Positions 38,506-48,044 of a stretch of 64,000 nt of DNA are shown here, in pieces (position 1 is the stretch's first letter; the number at the start of each line of letters is the position of its first letter). Under the pieces are notes generated by a model, which worked only from the letters and a program-made list of their open reading frames with translations, did not search any database and was not told the DNA's origin. This DNA comes from a virus, in IMG/VR virus record IMGVR_UViG_3300020187_000015, positions 41,789 to 105,788 of that record; one strand, written 5' to 3'. The position numbers were made by a program, and so were the translations under genes.

Positions 38506-40692
38506 TTATTTTTTGATGAATTTTAAAAGCTTTTCCCGATTCGAAGGTAGCACCTCTATATTTCGGGTATTTAAAGAACTTTTTACTGAATACACATTCT
38601 TCTTTGGAGGTAATGAATTTGGATTGCCGACAATAACTGCACCCCTTGGCTGAGTTATTAATTCTTTACTAGGTAAAGTAAAGTTTCTATTGCCAATCGT
38701 ATAAGTAGTTTTTACGCCATTACTACTAATACTTATATCTACGTTTTGCAGCCCCTTTTCTATAGAAGCGGTATAATTTGGTATATCTATATTATTAATT
38801 GTAAAAGTTTTTTGGACTTTTTTCTGCGTTATAGTATATCCCAAGTTTGGGTAATTAGTTAATGATCCTCCTATTCTAGGACTATTACCAAGCCTTATAT
38901 TATTACCGTCTACTTGAATTATATCCGATAAGGCCGCTACTTGATTTGGTGATGTATCCAAATCGACGTCAGTCCTAATTGTATTAGAATTATAACTTGG
39001 CTGAGTAAAAGCTATTGACTCTAAAGCAGCTGTAAAATTCTCTTCTCCTCCTTGATCTCCTCCTCCTCCTCCATCATCAATGCTGCCCCTTATATCGATT
39101 CTTTGACCCTCCACTCTCAGAGTCTGCTTTAACTCGTATTTAAAGTTTATTCTTTCAAATATATTAGTGAAGTTTATATTCTTAAGAACTGCTGCAAACT
39201 TCAAATTTGGATTATATCCGTCACTTCTAGCCTTGTATCTAGCGGAACTACTTACTTCTAAAAATATTACAGACTTATTTAAATTTAATGATTTAACACT
39301 ATCATAAACGTCGAAAGACAAATCCCACGGAATGGTTGCATATATTCTATGATTACTTTCAGCTGCACTCTTCCTATCTGGATTGACATATTCAGTTATA
39401 TCCTCTCTGTCATACTTTAAATCCGCACCAATAGCCCAATTGTATCTAAAATATTGGGCTTCAGCTAGATTATTCTCGTAGGTCAAGAATTGCGCAAATT
39501 TTTGCTTTACAGTTTCCACTGTGACTGTATCGGAAATATCTGACTCAATATATGAGATTATGTTATAATCCTCATATAAATCATCCTTTGGATCAAAAGC
39601 CTTTTTTTGCTTAGGGTTCAAAGTATAGACCTGTTCATATCCAAATACACTTGAATATGAATTTGGATCTTTCTTGCACAAGTACAAAGCAGCGTAAGCA
39701 AAAAAAGACTCTCCTACCGCAGCAGCTTTGCCTAGATTTATAGCAAATCCTGGATTAGCCCAATACTGATCTGGCCTGTCAGTAGGCCTATAAAGATATA
39801 TCTGTGTATCTGATTTCTCTTCAAATTCTCCATACTTAGTTTCTCCGCCTCCACCAGTGCTTGTTGTATTTCCGCCTCCTCCACCAGCATCTATATTTTT
39901 ACCAGGCTTTCCGTAATAAACGGAGTGACCTTTTGATATAGTATCTCTCAATGAGAATGAGTTTTTTTCAGATATGAAGTTAACTTCGTTAGGGAAAACT
40001 GGAGAAATACTTTCAGTAAGATCTATAAACTGTATCTTACCAGACTCATTAAAAAAAAAGGTAAATCCATATATTGAACCCCAAGAACTTAATACGTTTC
40101 TTAAAGTACCAGTAGTTTCCTTCAATAGGCTATTATCGTGTCTGGCTAAAGCAACATCTATATTTTCAATTTTCCCTCGAATTTTTCCCAACAGCTCCTC
40201 AAGGTTATATAAATAATCTGGGAGCTGCCTGACATCCTGAGAGGAGGTTGATCTAGTTAGTGGAATCGAATCTCCACCTAATTCCGACGATTCTTCTAAT
40301 GTAAAGTATCCTCTGCCAACTAGTATTAAAGACTCGTCCGTTGCTGTTGCGTTAAAATTTCTCCCCAATAAAGCAACAAACTTTTTGTCTAAAAGAAGAA
40401 TCGACTTGTCGTTATAAGTGACGGTCAAAATTCTTCCACTAACACTATCGTCTATGGAGTACTCTATCGCAACCATATTTAGTTCTCTTGATCCTAGATT
40501 TATCTTATCACTATCAAAAACATTCAAACTATCTTCGCTTATAGTGTAAGCTCCATTCTCGCTCGAAATAGTTAATGTTAACTGCGTGACTTGCGTCCCA
40601 AAGCCAATAGAATAAGATGCACTAATTATTAGTCCACCGTACGCTGAAGTACTCCCATTCAAAGTAACCTTATCTGTTTTTCTTATCGCCAT
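38506..40692 (-). CDS. Putative tail tip/baseplate hub protein
   Basis: Position; TGTLRNVLSSWGSIYGFTFFF...IQFIDL resembles hub domains. Confidence 0.5.
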   Translation of the reverse strand: MAIRKTDKVTLNGSTSAYGGLIISASYSIGFGTQVTQLTLTISSENGAYTISEDSLNVFDSDKINLGSRELNMVAIEYSIDDSVSGRILTVTYNDKSILLLDKKFVALLGRNFNATATDESLILVGRGYFTLEESSELGGDSIPLTRSTSSQDVRQLPDYLYNLEELLGKIRGKIENIDVALARHDNSLLKETTGTLRNVLSSWGSIYGFTFFFNESGKIQFIDLTESISPVFPNEVNFISEKNSFSLRDTISKGHSVYYGKPGKNIDAGGGGGNTTSTGGGGETKYGEFEEKSDTQIYLYRPTDRPDQYWANPGFAINLGKAAAVGESFFAYAALYLCKKDPNSYSSVFGYEQVYTLNPKQKKAFDPKDDLYEDYNIISYIESDISDTVTVETVKQKFAQFLTYENNLAEAQYFRYNWAIGADLKYDREDITEYVNPDRKSAAESNHRIYATIPWDLSFDVYDSVKSLNLNKSVIFLEVSSSARYKARSDGYNPNLKFAAVLKNINFTNIFERINFKYELKQTLRVEGQRIDIRGSIDDGGGGGDQGGEENFTAALESIAFTQPSYNSNTIRTDVDLDTSPNQVAALSDIIQVDGNNIRLGNSPRIGGSLTNYPNLGYTITQKKVQKTFTINNIDIPNYTASIEKGLQNVDISISSNGVKTTYTIGNRNFTLPSKELITQPRGAVIVGNPNSLPPKKNVYSVKSSLNTRNIEVLPSNREKLLKFIKK

Positions 40693-40741
40693 TCCTTTAT
40701 TTTATTACACTTAATTATAGTCCATTTTAAACTTAATCAAA

Positions 40742-42838
40742 CTAAAGATCGAAAAAGCCACTGGCTCCAGTTAGATAAGATCTATATACTGATCCAGTTG
40801 ATAGCTCGCTCTGATAATTTCTATTAACAAATAGAGATTTTACTCCGCTTGGAATAAGCTGCTTTTTATTAGATATTAGATCTGAAGATTCACTAGTCTC
40901 TAAATATAGATCACGGCGCAGCCTCAGCCTTCCAAAATAATTGGTAGAGGAGCCTCTAAAGAATTTCCCCGAAGATGGTATGATATTAGACTGGTGTTGA
41001 CCACTCTGAACTCTAAAGCCAATAGCTAAAATTTCTTTAGTTGAGTCAGATGTTTTTATTGCGGTGAACGAGTTGTTAATTGCGTCTCCAGTATAATCCA
41101 ATCCAGACGCTAACTTATACCCTTTTTTGAAAAACAAGTTATCGTGTACGCTTATATTGTTGTTGCCACTAAAGACACTTTTTACTGCAAAGTCATTAGC
41201 ATCGTAAAATACTTTTGAGTCAGTATTATTACCGCTTAATATTACCTTACCTGGTTCTATTGAACCAGATTTATAAAAATTTTCTAGACCAGCTGATGTT
41301 ATGGTAGAGTTTGAAAATCTCAAAAGACCATTAGAAAAGACTCTAAATTCGGACCCATCATACTCTTGATTAATTGAAAATCCAGTCCCATCTAAGCTTG
41401 CAAGAGATGTCTTGTTTAAGAAATTGAAATTTCTAAATTCATTAGAATAATCGTCTTCTTTTTCATATAAAGCTAAAGAGTTAAAGCTATTTATTCCAGT
41501 CTCTTCTTGACCAAACGATTGATCAAAATACTCGCCAAGATAAATAGTTTCACTCATTCCATACTCAGAAAGCTGTCTTCTGTCGCCACTCATAATATTC
41601 TTAAGTCCAGAAATGTCATTGTTGCCAGTATTGAAAATAGTAGTAGCTCTTAACCCACTAGACAAGAACCCAGTGATGTTAACGTTTTGATATATATCCG
41701 TTCCATTGATAACTTCATCGGTTCCAGAGAATTGACGAATCAACCCAATTACGCCAGTTGAATCTAATGTAACAACCTTTCTATATATTGGAACTTCTTC
41801 GTTTCCTATGCAATACTGCGGTAAGTTTTGTAAGAACTCTATCTTTTCCTCTCCAGGTGCTATAACTCCCGTTTCAACAACATATTGATAAATGTCAGAG
41901 TAACCAGTAGTATATCCAGTGCCAGTCAAAATGCTGTTTGTAGAAAGTATGCCAGTTACTCCAGTTAAATTATATTCATAGCCACTAACTCCTCCAGTAA
42001 TTCCAGACTCTATCAAGAAAGGAATCCCACTCTTGGTGTCCGACCAAAAGCCCGAAGCCAGTATGTTTGCATCTACAGTTGAAATGTTTTGATTTAAGTA
42101 TACAAAATCGTCCATAAAGCCAGAATAGCTTTTTTGATTTTGCCCACTACCAATTAAAAATTTATTACAAGGAAGAATTTGGTCGGATATAACGCTTTTT
42201 ATTTCACTCTCAAAAGATTTCGTACTATTATTATAAGCTAAAAAGTAAATTGAGTCATCGAATTTTCTTAATCCTATTAAGTTTTTATCTGATAGCTGCA
42301 ACAAGCTAGTTTGTATATCGTATCTTTGGTTTTGATTATCAAAATATTCAAAATACATTTTATTTGCAGAATTTATCCCAAAAGAATATCCACTTTTTAT
42401 AACGTTGTCGTCAAAACAAGAAAATAAAACTCCATCTCCAGTATAACGCTTATCTTGAGATAAGAGTACGGTAAAATCTCTAGAGAATAAATCTTTTTGA
42501 TTATTTATTTCTAAATATCCGTAATTAAAATTTCCAGAATTTCCATTTCCAGTAAAGCTATCAACGTTTCCTATTATAGAAGCAGAGTTTGAGCTTAAAA
42601 TATTTATATCTTGCCCAATAAAAAAAGAAGCAAAGTTTACAGAATTGTATCCTGAAACATCGACGTCCTCTAATATTATAAAAGAAGAGTCTTGCGTAAT
42701 TAAGGGGCTTCCTGACTGTGTGACTAGCTGAGTATAAAATTCATCACTAAAATTATTAAAGTCATAGTATACTGGCATGTTGCCTGTATCTAGTTTTAAT
42801 ATTCCAGAATAAATGTAGTTTATGCCCCTTAAGCCCAT
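40742..42838 (-). CDS. TG/SG-rich tail protein with LamG/ConA-like domain
   Basis: FTVLL...GYSFGIN...FLIGSG...YSGFMDDF pattern; TG/SG-rich. Confidence 0.65.
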   Translation of the reverse strand: MGLRGINYIYSGILKLDTGNMPVYYDFNNFSDEFYTQLVTQSGSPLITQDSSFIILEDVDVSGYNSVNFASFFIGQDINILSSNSASIIGNVDSFTGNGNSGNFNYGYLEINNQKDLFSRDFTVLLSQDKRYTGDGVLFSCFDDNVIKSGYSFGINSANKMYFEYFDNQNQRYDIQTSLLQLSDKNLIGLRKFDDSIYFLAYNNSTKSFESEIKSVISDQILPCNKFLIGSGQNQKSYSGFMDDFVYLNQNISTVDANILASGFWSDTKSGIPFLIESGITGGVSGYEYNLTGVTGILSTNSILTGTGYTTGYSDIYQYVVETGVIAPGEEKIEFLQNLPQYCIGNEEVPIYRKVVTLDSTGVIGLIRQFSGTDEVINGTDIYQNVNITGFLSSGLRATTIFNTGNNDISGLKNIMSGDRRQLSEYGMSETIYLGEYFDQSFGQEETGINSFNSLALYEKEDDYSNEFRNFNFLNKTSLASLDGTGFSINQEYDGSEFRVFSNGLLRFSNSTITSAGLENFYKSGSIEPGKVILSGNNTDSKVFYDANDFAVKSVFSGNNNISVHDNLFFKKGYKLASGLDYTGDAINNSFTAIKTSDSTKEILAIGFRVQSGQHQSNIIPSSGKFFRGSSTNYFGRLRLRRDLYLETSESSDLISNKKQLIPSGVKSLFVNRNYQSELSTGSVYRSYLTGASGFFDL

Positions 42839-42856
42839 ATATTTATATTACACCTT

Positions 42857-43759
42857 TTATTCTGCATCCTGCGAAAATTGCCTAGACCTGTCTTTAATCT
42901 TTATACCCATCTTATCGGCTTCTTCATGCGTCATGCCAACCACATCTACATCTTTTCCGCCAGACACTTCTTCTAGCTTGGACCTGGAATTTGCTAATCT
43001 AATAATTTCGTCAGGATCTTCGCTTTTTATATTTGGATACCTCTCAAAGATTGTTGTAAAAGTTTTTGCGTAATTAGCTAAATTAGTTTGATGGAAAGAG
43101 AGTTTGCAAATAGGTTTTCCAAAATACTCAAAAGCATTATTACATATTCTCCAACTAGAAGTAAAAAACTCTTTAGTAGATACCGTTTTTATACTTTGCA
43201 TAGAAATATTTTTAAGACATTCCGAATGTATTCTAAAGTATTTTTGCACATCTAAAGATGGGTCCTGCTTATCGTCTTCGCTAAGCAAAGGTTCTTCAAA
43301 TTTTTTATCTTTAAAAAGACTATTTAATAAATAATATTCATTCAGCCTCCTATCGGCGATACTCTCACAAGAATGGGCTAGAAAAGAATTTTTTTTATTA
43401 ATTAAAATAAACAGCTTTTGCTCAAGCTCATCAATATAATCTAATTGAACCTTCTTCTGAGAATGGAGAAGAAGTTTCTGAGAGCTTTGCCTAGTATGAT
43501 CTATTAGTCGTTCTAAATCTTCAATTTCATAATCTTCCTGCTTAGACCATAGATCCTTGGACTTGGCTTGATCTAACAGCTCTTCATTATTCAATACCTT
43601 CTTTTTCCTGAGATTTTCGTAGAAAGCATCATATTCACATTCAAAATCTACATAGTCGTCTAGAGTCAAATGCTTAATATAAAAATTTTCATCTTTATAA
43701 TAAGAGAAGCCTTTTAATATGTCAGAAAGAGCTGAACGAAGCTTCGACTCTTCTTTCAA
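42857..43759 (-). CDS. Putative tail assembly chaperone / helical hypothetical protein
   Basis: Helical and charged; in frame directly after 43760..44512; TTG start with AAGGAGG. Confidence 0.5.
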   Translation of the reverse strand: MKEESKLRSALSDILKGFSYYKDENFYIKHLTLDDYVDFECEYDAFYENLRKKKVLNNEELLDQAKSKDLWSKQEDYEIEDLERLIDHTRQSSQKLLLHSQKKVQLDYIDELEQKLFILINKKNSFLAHSCESIADRRLNEYYLLNSLFKDKKFEEPLLSEDDKQDPSLDVQKYFRIHSECLKNISMQSIKTVSTKEFFTSSWRICNNAFEYFGKPICKLSFHQTNLANYAKTFTTIFERYPNIKSEDPDEIIRLANSRSKLEEVSGGKDVDVVGMTHEEADKMGIKIKDRSRQFSQDAE

Positions 43760-44512
43760 TTAGCCCTCCTTTTTTTTCGAAACTTCTTCTAAAGGTTCCT
43801 CTTCAGCTTCTTCTGCAGGTTCTTCTACAGTTTCCTCCTCAGCTTCTTCCGAAGGCTCTTGCTCTTCTTCAAAGTAGGAGTCATAATAGGATTGAAACTC
43901 CGCCTCCGTCTGAGCGAGATCTAGATACCATATTGTAAACAAGAATACAAACCTATCGATAACTGAACTCCAGAATTCCGATTCATCTCCACCCCTTAGA
44001 TCGTCAACTTTCTCATATTGTAATATAGCTCTTTTTTGGAAATCTTCTTCATCGACATCAAAAATTGGATCTCCATCCAAACAAGAGTAATTTAACATAC
44101 AGAAGTCAACAGTCTTATCTCTGGCTTTAATCTCTGCCGTATTATCATATATTGCAGAATAATAAGATGTGAATTTACGCATATCCTCTTGTATTTGTAC
44201 AATTTTAGCGTAAAGCTCAAACTTCTTTTCGGAGTTTGATTTTTCTCTGATCAACTTTTCTTGATTTTGCGCTAATTCCTTTTGCAGATTAAAATAATAA
44301 GCCTGATCTTTCTTTGGTAGGGCGGTATCGCTATTATCAGCATAATACTTGTCTACGGAAGCTTTTGTCTGAACTCCCATGTTCATTAACTTTGAGAGCA
44401 TGGCTGCGTAGTAAATCTCTATTTCCTCTCTCTCGGTTCTATTAGGTTGCTTGAGCGTGAACTCGTAATCCTTGTCCTTATTTTTTTCCTTAAAACTAAA
44501 TAATTTTTTCAT
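43760..44512 (-). CDS. Putative tail assembly chaperone with acidic tail
   Basis: FTLKQPNRTE motif, coiled coil, Glu-rich C-terminus. Confidence 0.5.
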   Translation of the reverse strand: MKKLFSFKEKNKDKDYEFTLKQPNRTEREEIEIYYAAMLSKLMNMGVQTKASVDKYYADNSDTALPKKDQAYYFNLQKELAQNQEKLIREKSNSEKKFELYAKIVQIQEDMRKFTSYYSAIYDNTAEIKARDKTVDFCMLNYSCLDGDPIFDVDEEDFQKRAILQYEKVDDLRGGDESEFWSSVIDRFVFLFTIWYLDLAQTEAEFQSYYDSYFEEEQEPSEEAEEETVEEPAEEAEEEPLEEVSKKKEG

Positions 44513-44737
44513 TTATTCTCCTGAGTTTAATTTTGTATAATTCTCTCCCTGATCCCTAAAGAAACGAATAGTATCATTACCCTTATCTAAAACTCGATTT
44601 CTTATTTTTTCGAAATCGTCGTCCTCTATAGAGTATTTTTCCTGTATATCCTCTAATTGATAAAGGAAGTCCTTGAACAAATGCTTGATACACCTTTCGC
44701 CCAAAAACTCAAAATAATAAAAATCCTTTTCTTCCAT
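44513..44737 (-). CDS. Hypothetical protein
   Basis: 74-aa ORF with upstream late-promoter motif. Confidence 0.65.
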   Translation of the reverse strand: MEEKDFYYFEFLGERCIKHLFKDFLYQLEDIQEKYSIEDDDFEKIRNRVLDKGNDTIRFFRDQGENYTKLNSGE

Positions 44738-44747
44738 TCCTATATCT

Positions 44748-44776
44748 ATATACAGACATTTAACTAGTATGTGAAA
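44748..44776 (-). promoter_or_regulatory. Late promoter motif TTCACA-N15-TGTATA
   Basis: Motif recurrence. Confidence 0.6.
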
Positions 44777-44779
44777 TAG

Positions 44780-46429
44780 TTAAACCCTAAAATCATTTAC
44801 AACTGAATAGTTGGGAGCCGTAAAAAGATTCTTATTACTTTCAAAAGAGTATTTTGAATTTAGAGTTATCGATAGTGGGTCCCCAGTACCAATCGATACT
44901 CCTTCTAAATTTAAAGATTGAAGCTTCCCGTATTCGCTAAGCATATCATTCGACTTCACTTTCAATGAGGATACCAATTGATCCATAGACAGAGAACTTC
45001 CAGTTTCAAGTATAGCATTTAAGGATATGTCTAAATATGCTCTGTTTTTAATTTCCAAATCAATTGTATCATATTTTCCACCCTTGCCTGGAAGTGCGCT
45101 TGACGCTATAGAAATCTTAGACGGAGTAAATGATAGAGACGTCTTTACTTCCTTAAAAAAGTCTTCCTCTGGAGCGTCTTTATTATCAAATGACTGATCG
45201 AAATTTATAGCGAATGTATCAGAGTCCCTTGAAAATGAGTCAGCAGTAACTCTATTGCTTAAAGACTTTGGTGCATTTCCTCCGAAAAAAGCATTAAACT
45301 CTCCATTAGCTATATCGAATATATTTATATCCTCAAAAGCGCTTTGTATAAGTCCAGACCTTATAGACTTATCGGCAGATGATGTTATAGACCCTCCTAC
45401 AGAAACGGAGACTAAAGAGGTTCCACTATTGATCGAAATGTTTGTATCAACTCTAACCTGATCCCGTATAGATTCATCATCACCAAATGAGTATGAGAAG
45501 TTTATATAGTTATTAAATAGGTCTTCAGTAATATCCTTCTGCAGTGGCTCTTGTCCAATAGATGTTGAACCAAATTGATTTGTCAGAAATTCACTAGCCG
45601 TAGAGAACCAATCATAAGTTAAAAATCTATTCCTAATTATAGATATTGGATCACCTATGCTTCCCTCTAATCTACCTTTTATTGAGATAGAATTTGGAGC
45701 GTCAATAGATGAGTCTATATCTGCCGAATATCTTAATATACCAGAGTTTCCATACAAATCAGAAGAGTAACTTTCAGTTACACTATAAGTTCCTTGAACT
45801 CTATCTATACTTTCTTGCAAAGAATTTAAATTTAAAGAGTAGTCCGAATCCTTGCATATAAAGTGAGGAGAAATGAAAGTTTGAGTAGATCCAGTCCTTT
45901 GCCTAACGTAGTCTATTGCATTCTGTAATGAAGATGATTTGTCATATGAATCGGCTTGAGGAGTTTCTATGCCCTTTGCGCTTATAAGGTGAGAAATTGA
46001 AACTATTCCATCATTACCTTCTTCAAACGACCAACTCTCCTGTGGATCTATAACTCCATAATTATCACCAAAATAATCTACTGGGTAAGCAGTAAAGCTA
46101 ATATTATAATCAATAATTTTATTATATTTGCTTTGCCCAAAGTCGATAGAATCAATCTTTACTCCGCTCCTTACCATTACCTCTGCTTCATAAGGCTTAA
46201 AATCCTTAACTATAAAAATTCCAAAGTCTTTTGAAAACCCGCTAATCAGCTTCAATTGCTCTGACCTAAGATCATTGAAGTCCCTTCCAGTAAGCTGACC
46301 ATTTAGAGAGTACGATTCCTCACTCCCAAAGTTTTCCCCATACTTTAAAAAATTCTCCTGACTACTCAAGAATGGTGTTGGTTGATCACCAAAGTCAAAG
46401 CTATCGTAAATTATTTTAGTTGGAGTCAT
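44780..46429 (-). CDS. Putative tail/baseplate protein
   Basis: Beta-rich repeats (ESWSFEE...SISHLISAKG); similar to 46426..48036. Confidence 0.6.
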   Translation of the reverse strand: MTPTKIIYDSFDFGDQPTPFLSSQENFLKYGENFGSEESYSLNGQLTGRDFNDLRSEQLKLISGFSKDFGIFIVKDFKPYEAEVMVRSGVKIDSIDFGQSKYNKIIDYNISFTAYPVDYFGDNYGVIDPQESWSFEEGNDGIVSISHLISAKGIETPQADSYDKSSSLQNAIDYVRQRTGSTQTFISPHFICKDSDYSLNLNSLQESIDRVQGTYSVTESYSSDLYGNSGILRYSADIDSSIDAPNSISIKGRLEGSIGDPISIIRNRFLTYDWFSTASEFLTNQFGSTSIGQEPLQKDITEDLFNNYINFSYSFGDDESIRDQVRVDTNISINSGTSLVSVSVGGSITSSADKSIRSGLIQSAFEDINIFDIANGEFNAFFGGNAPKSLSNRVTADSFSRDSDTFAINFDQSFDNKDAPEEDFFKEVKTSLSFTPSKISIASSALPGKGGKYDTIDLEIKNRAYLDISLNAILETGSSLSMDQLVSSLKVKSNDMLSEYGKLQSLNLEGVSIGTGDPLSITLNSKYSFESNKNLFTAPNYSVVNDFRV

Positions 46430-48036
46430 AATGTAGCTCTATTCCTAACCAGTTTGTTGAATTTATATTTTACAGATACTTCTAATGCATTTTCCTCTAA
46501 ATTGTATTGGTAAGTTGCGCCATCAATATAAGTATCATTATAGTTCTTTACATGCTCATTAGCTACACCCTTTGCCTGGTCAAGAAGATCATAAAGCGTA
46601 TCTTCCTCTTGTCCATTTATAGATATTTTTAAGTCTCTAGATCCCTGATTTGTAGTATCGATTTTTTGTACAAATTGTTTCTCACCTAAGGCGGAGAAAT
46701 TGGCAAATGTATTAATTGAATCGTCATCGTTAACCGAAATAGAAACTCTTCTTCCGCTTATTAGAGAAGAGTCATCGGAAAAGTTATATTTATAGTCTAT
46801 AGAACTTCCATTCGTTTTTTTATTATAAGAACAATCCTCTAGGCTCAAATCTTTAATACCGCCCCGCTCCTGATAAAAACTATAACATCTTCCATAGATA
46901 TTTTCTTTTTCTATATTGTAGCCATTCACAGAGTTTTGCATTTTTTCTGCCTCAGATTCACCTCTTCCCAATATACTTGCTTCCTCAGAAATCTCCATAA
47001 TGTCTCCTAGTCTTTGCATGGAGAGTGTTGAATTTAAAATATAATTTTCTCCATAATTAGAATCAGCATCGTTAAAGGATATTGTGTAGTTAGCCTCGCC
47101 AGCAAAATTATCAATAGTTTGAGAATTAGAAATGGCTCCAGAAGGTAGAGCTGAGGAATTACCATATGCTAGATAAGTTTCACTACATCTACCATAAGAT
47201 CCGCTTATTTCACTTTTTATAGCTTCGGATAGATCGACTTCTATAGAAAAGGATTTTGCCTTTATTGAGCCATTTTCAGAAACAGAGATTATTCCGTCTG
47301 CTTGTTTTGTGAAGTTATGAGAGCGCTTTACTGAATATTTTTCAAATTCAGAAGTATATGTAGAAAATTTTCTAGAAATACTAACCGAGTTGTTTACTAA
47401 ATCGTAGGATTCATTAAATTTCTCGTCTACTGCCCCAGTAAAAAAATTCTGTCCAGGAAAGCTATCTAAAAGTTCAAAGGGCGGTTCTACTGTTTGAAAA
47501 ATTTCCGTAGCTAAACCTTTTGCTCTTTGAATAGGGGTGATTATCACTCCATCGCCACTAGCATATTTAATATTTATACTATGCGTATAAGAAAATTGAT
47601 CACCATCCCTGTTAATATTAAAATCTTCAGAAAAATCCTCAAGCAGGTATGGAGATTCTAAAATGGTGTTTCCAGTTACTAAGGGAGCTAATCCGCTATA
47701 ATATTTACCAGAAAGATTGCTTAAATTTCCAGATTGGAAGCCTTCGATTGATAGATTGTAAGTAGAGTACTGTAAAGAGTTTGCATCGTTATTACTAAAA
47801 CTTAATACCCTACCTTTTCCGAAGTCATTTCCATTTAGTATTATCGGCTGATAATCTTGAAGACCAGTTCTAAAAAACTCAGAAGCGCTAACTAATCCGC
47901 TTACACCAATATCATTTTGAAGATCTATGAAATATCCCTCTATCTCATACTCAACTCTTGAACCGAATCTAAAATTGGAATTTAAGAATTGATTTGTTTT
48001 TTTAAAACCTAATAAACTAGCATTATTAAAATTCAC
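46426..48036 (-). CDS. Putative distal tail/baseplate protein
   Basis: Immediately follows the tape measure gene; beta-rich. Confidence 0.6.
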   Translation of the reverse strand: MNFNNASLLGFKKTNQFLNSNFRFGSRVEYEIEGYFIDLQNDIGVSGLVSASEFFRTGLQDYQPIILNGNDFGKGRVLSFSNNDANSLQYSTYNLSIEGFQSGNLSNLSGKYYSGLAPLVTGNTILESPYLLEDFSEDFNINRDGDQFSYTHSINIKYASGDGVIITPIQRAKGLATEIFQTVEPPFELLDSFPGQNFFTGAVDEKFNESYDLVNNSVSISRKFSTYTSEFEKYSVKRSHNFTKQADGIISVSENGSIKAKSFSIEVDLSEAIKSEISGSYGRCSETYLAYGNSSALPSGAISNSQTIDNFAGEANYTISFNDADSNYGENYILNSTLSMQRLGDIMEISEEASILGRGESEAEKMQNSVNGYNIEKENIYGRCYSFYQERGGIKDLSLEDCSYNKKTNGSSIDYKYNFSDDSSLISGRRVSISVNDDDSINTFANFSALGEKQFVQKIDTTNQGSRDLKISINGQEEDTLYDLLDQAKGVANEHVKNYNDTYIDGATYQYNLEENALEVSVKYKFNKLVRNRATL

Positions 48037-48044
48037 TTTTATAA

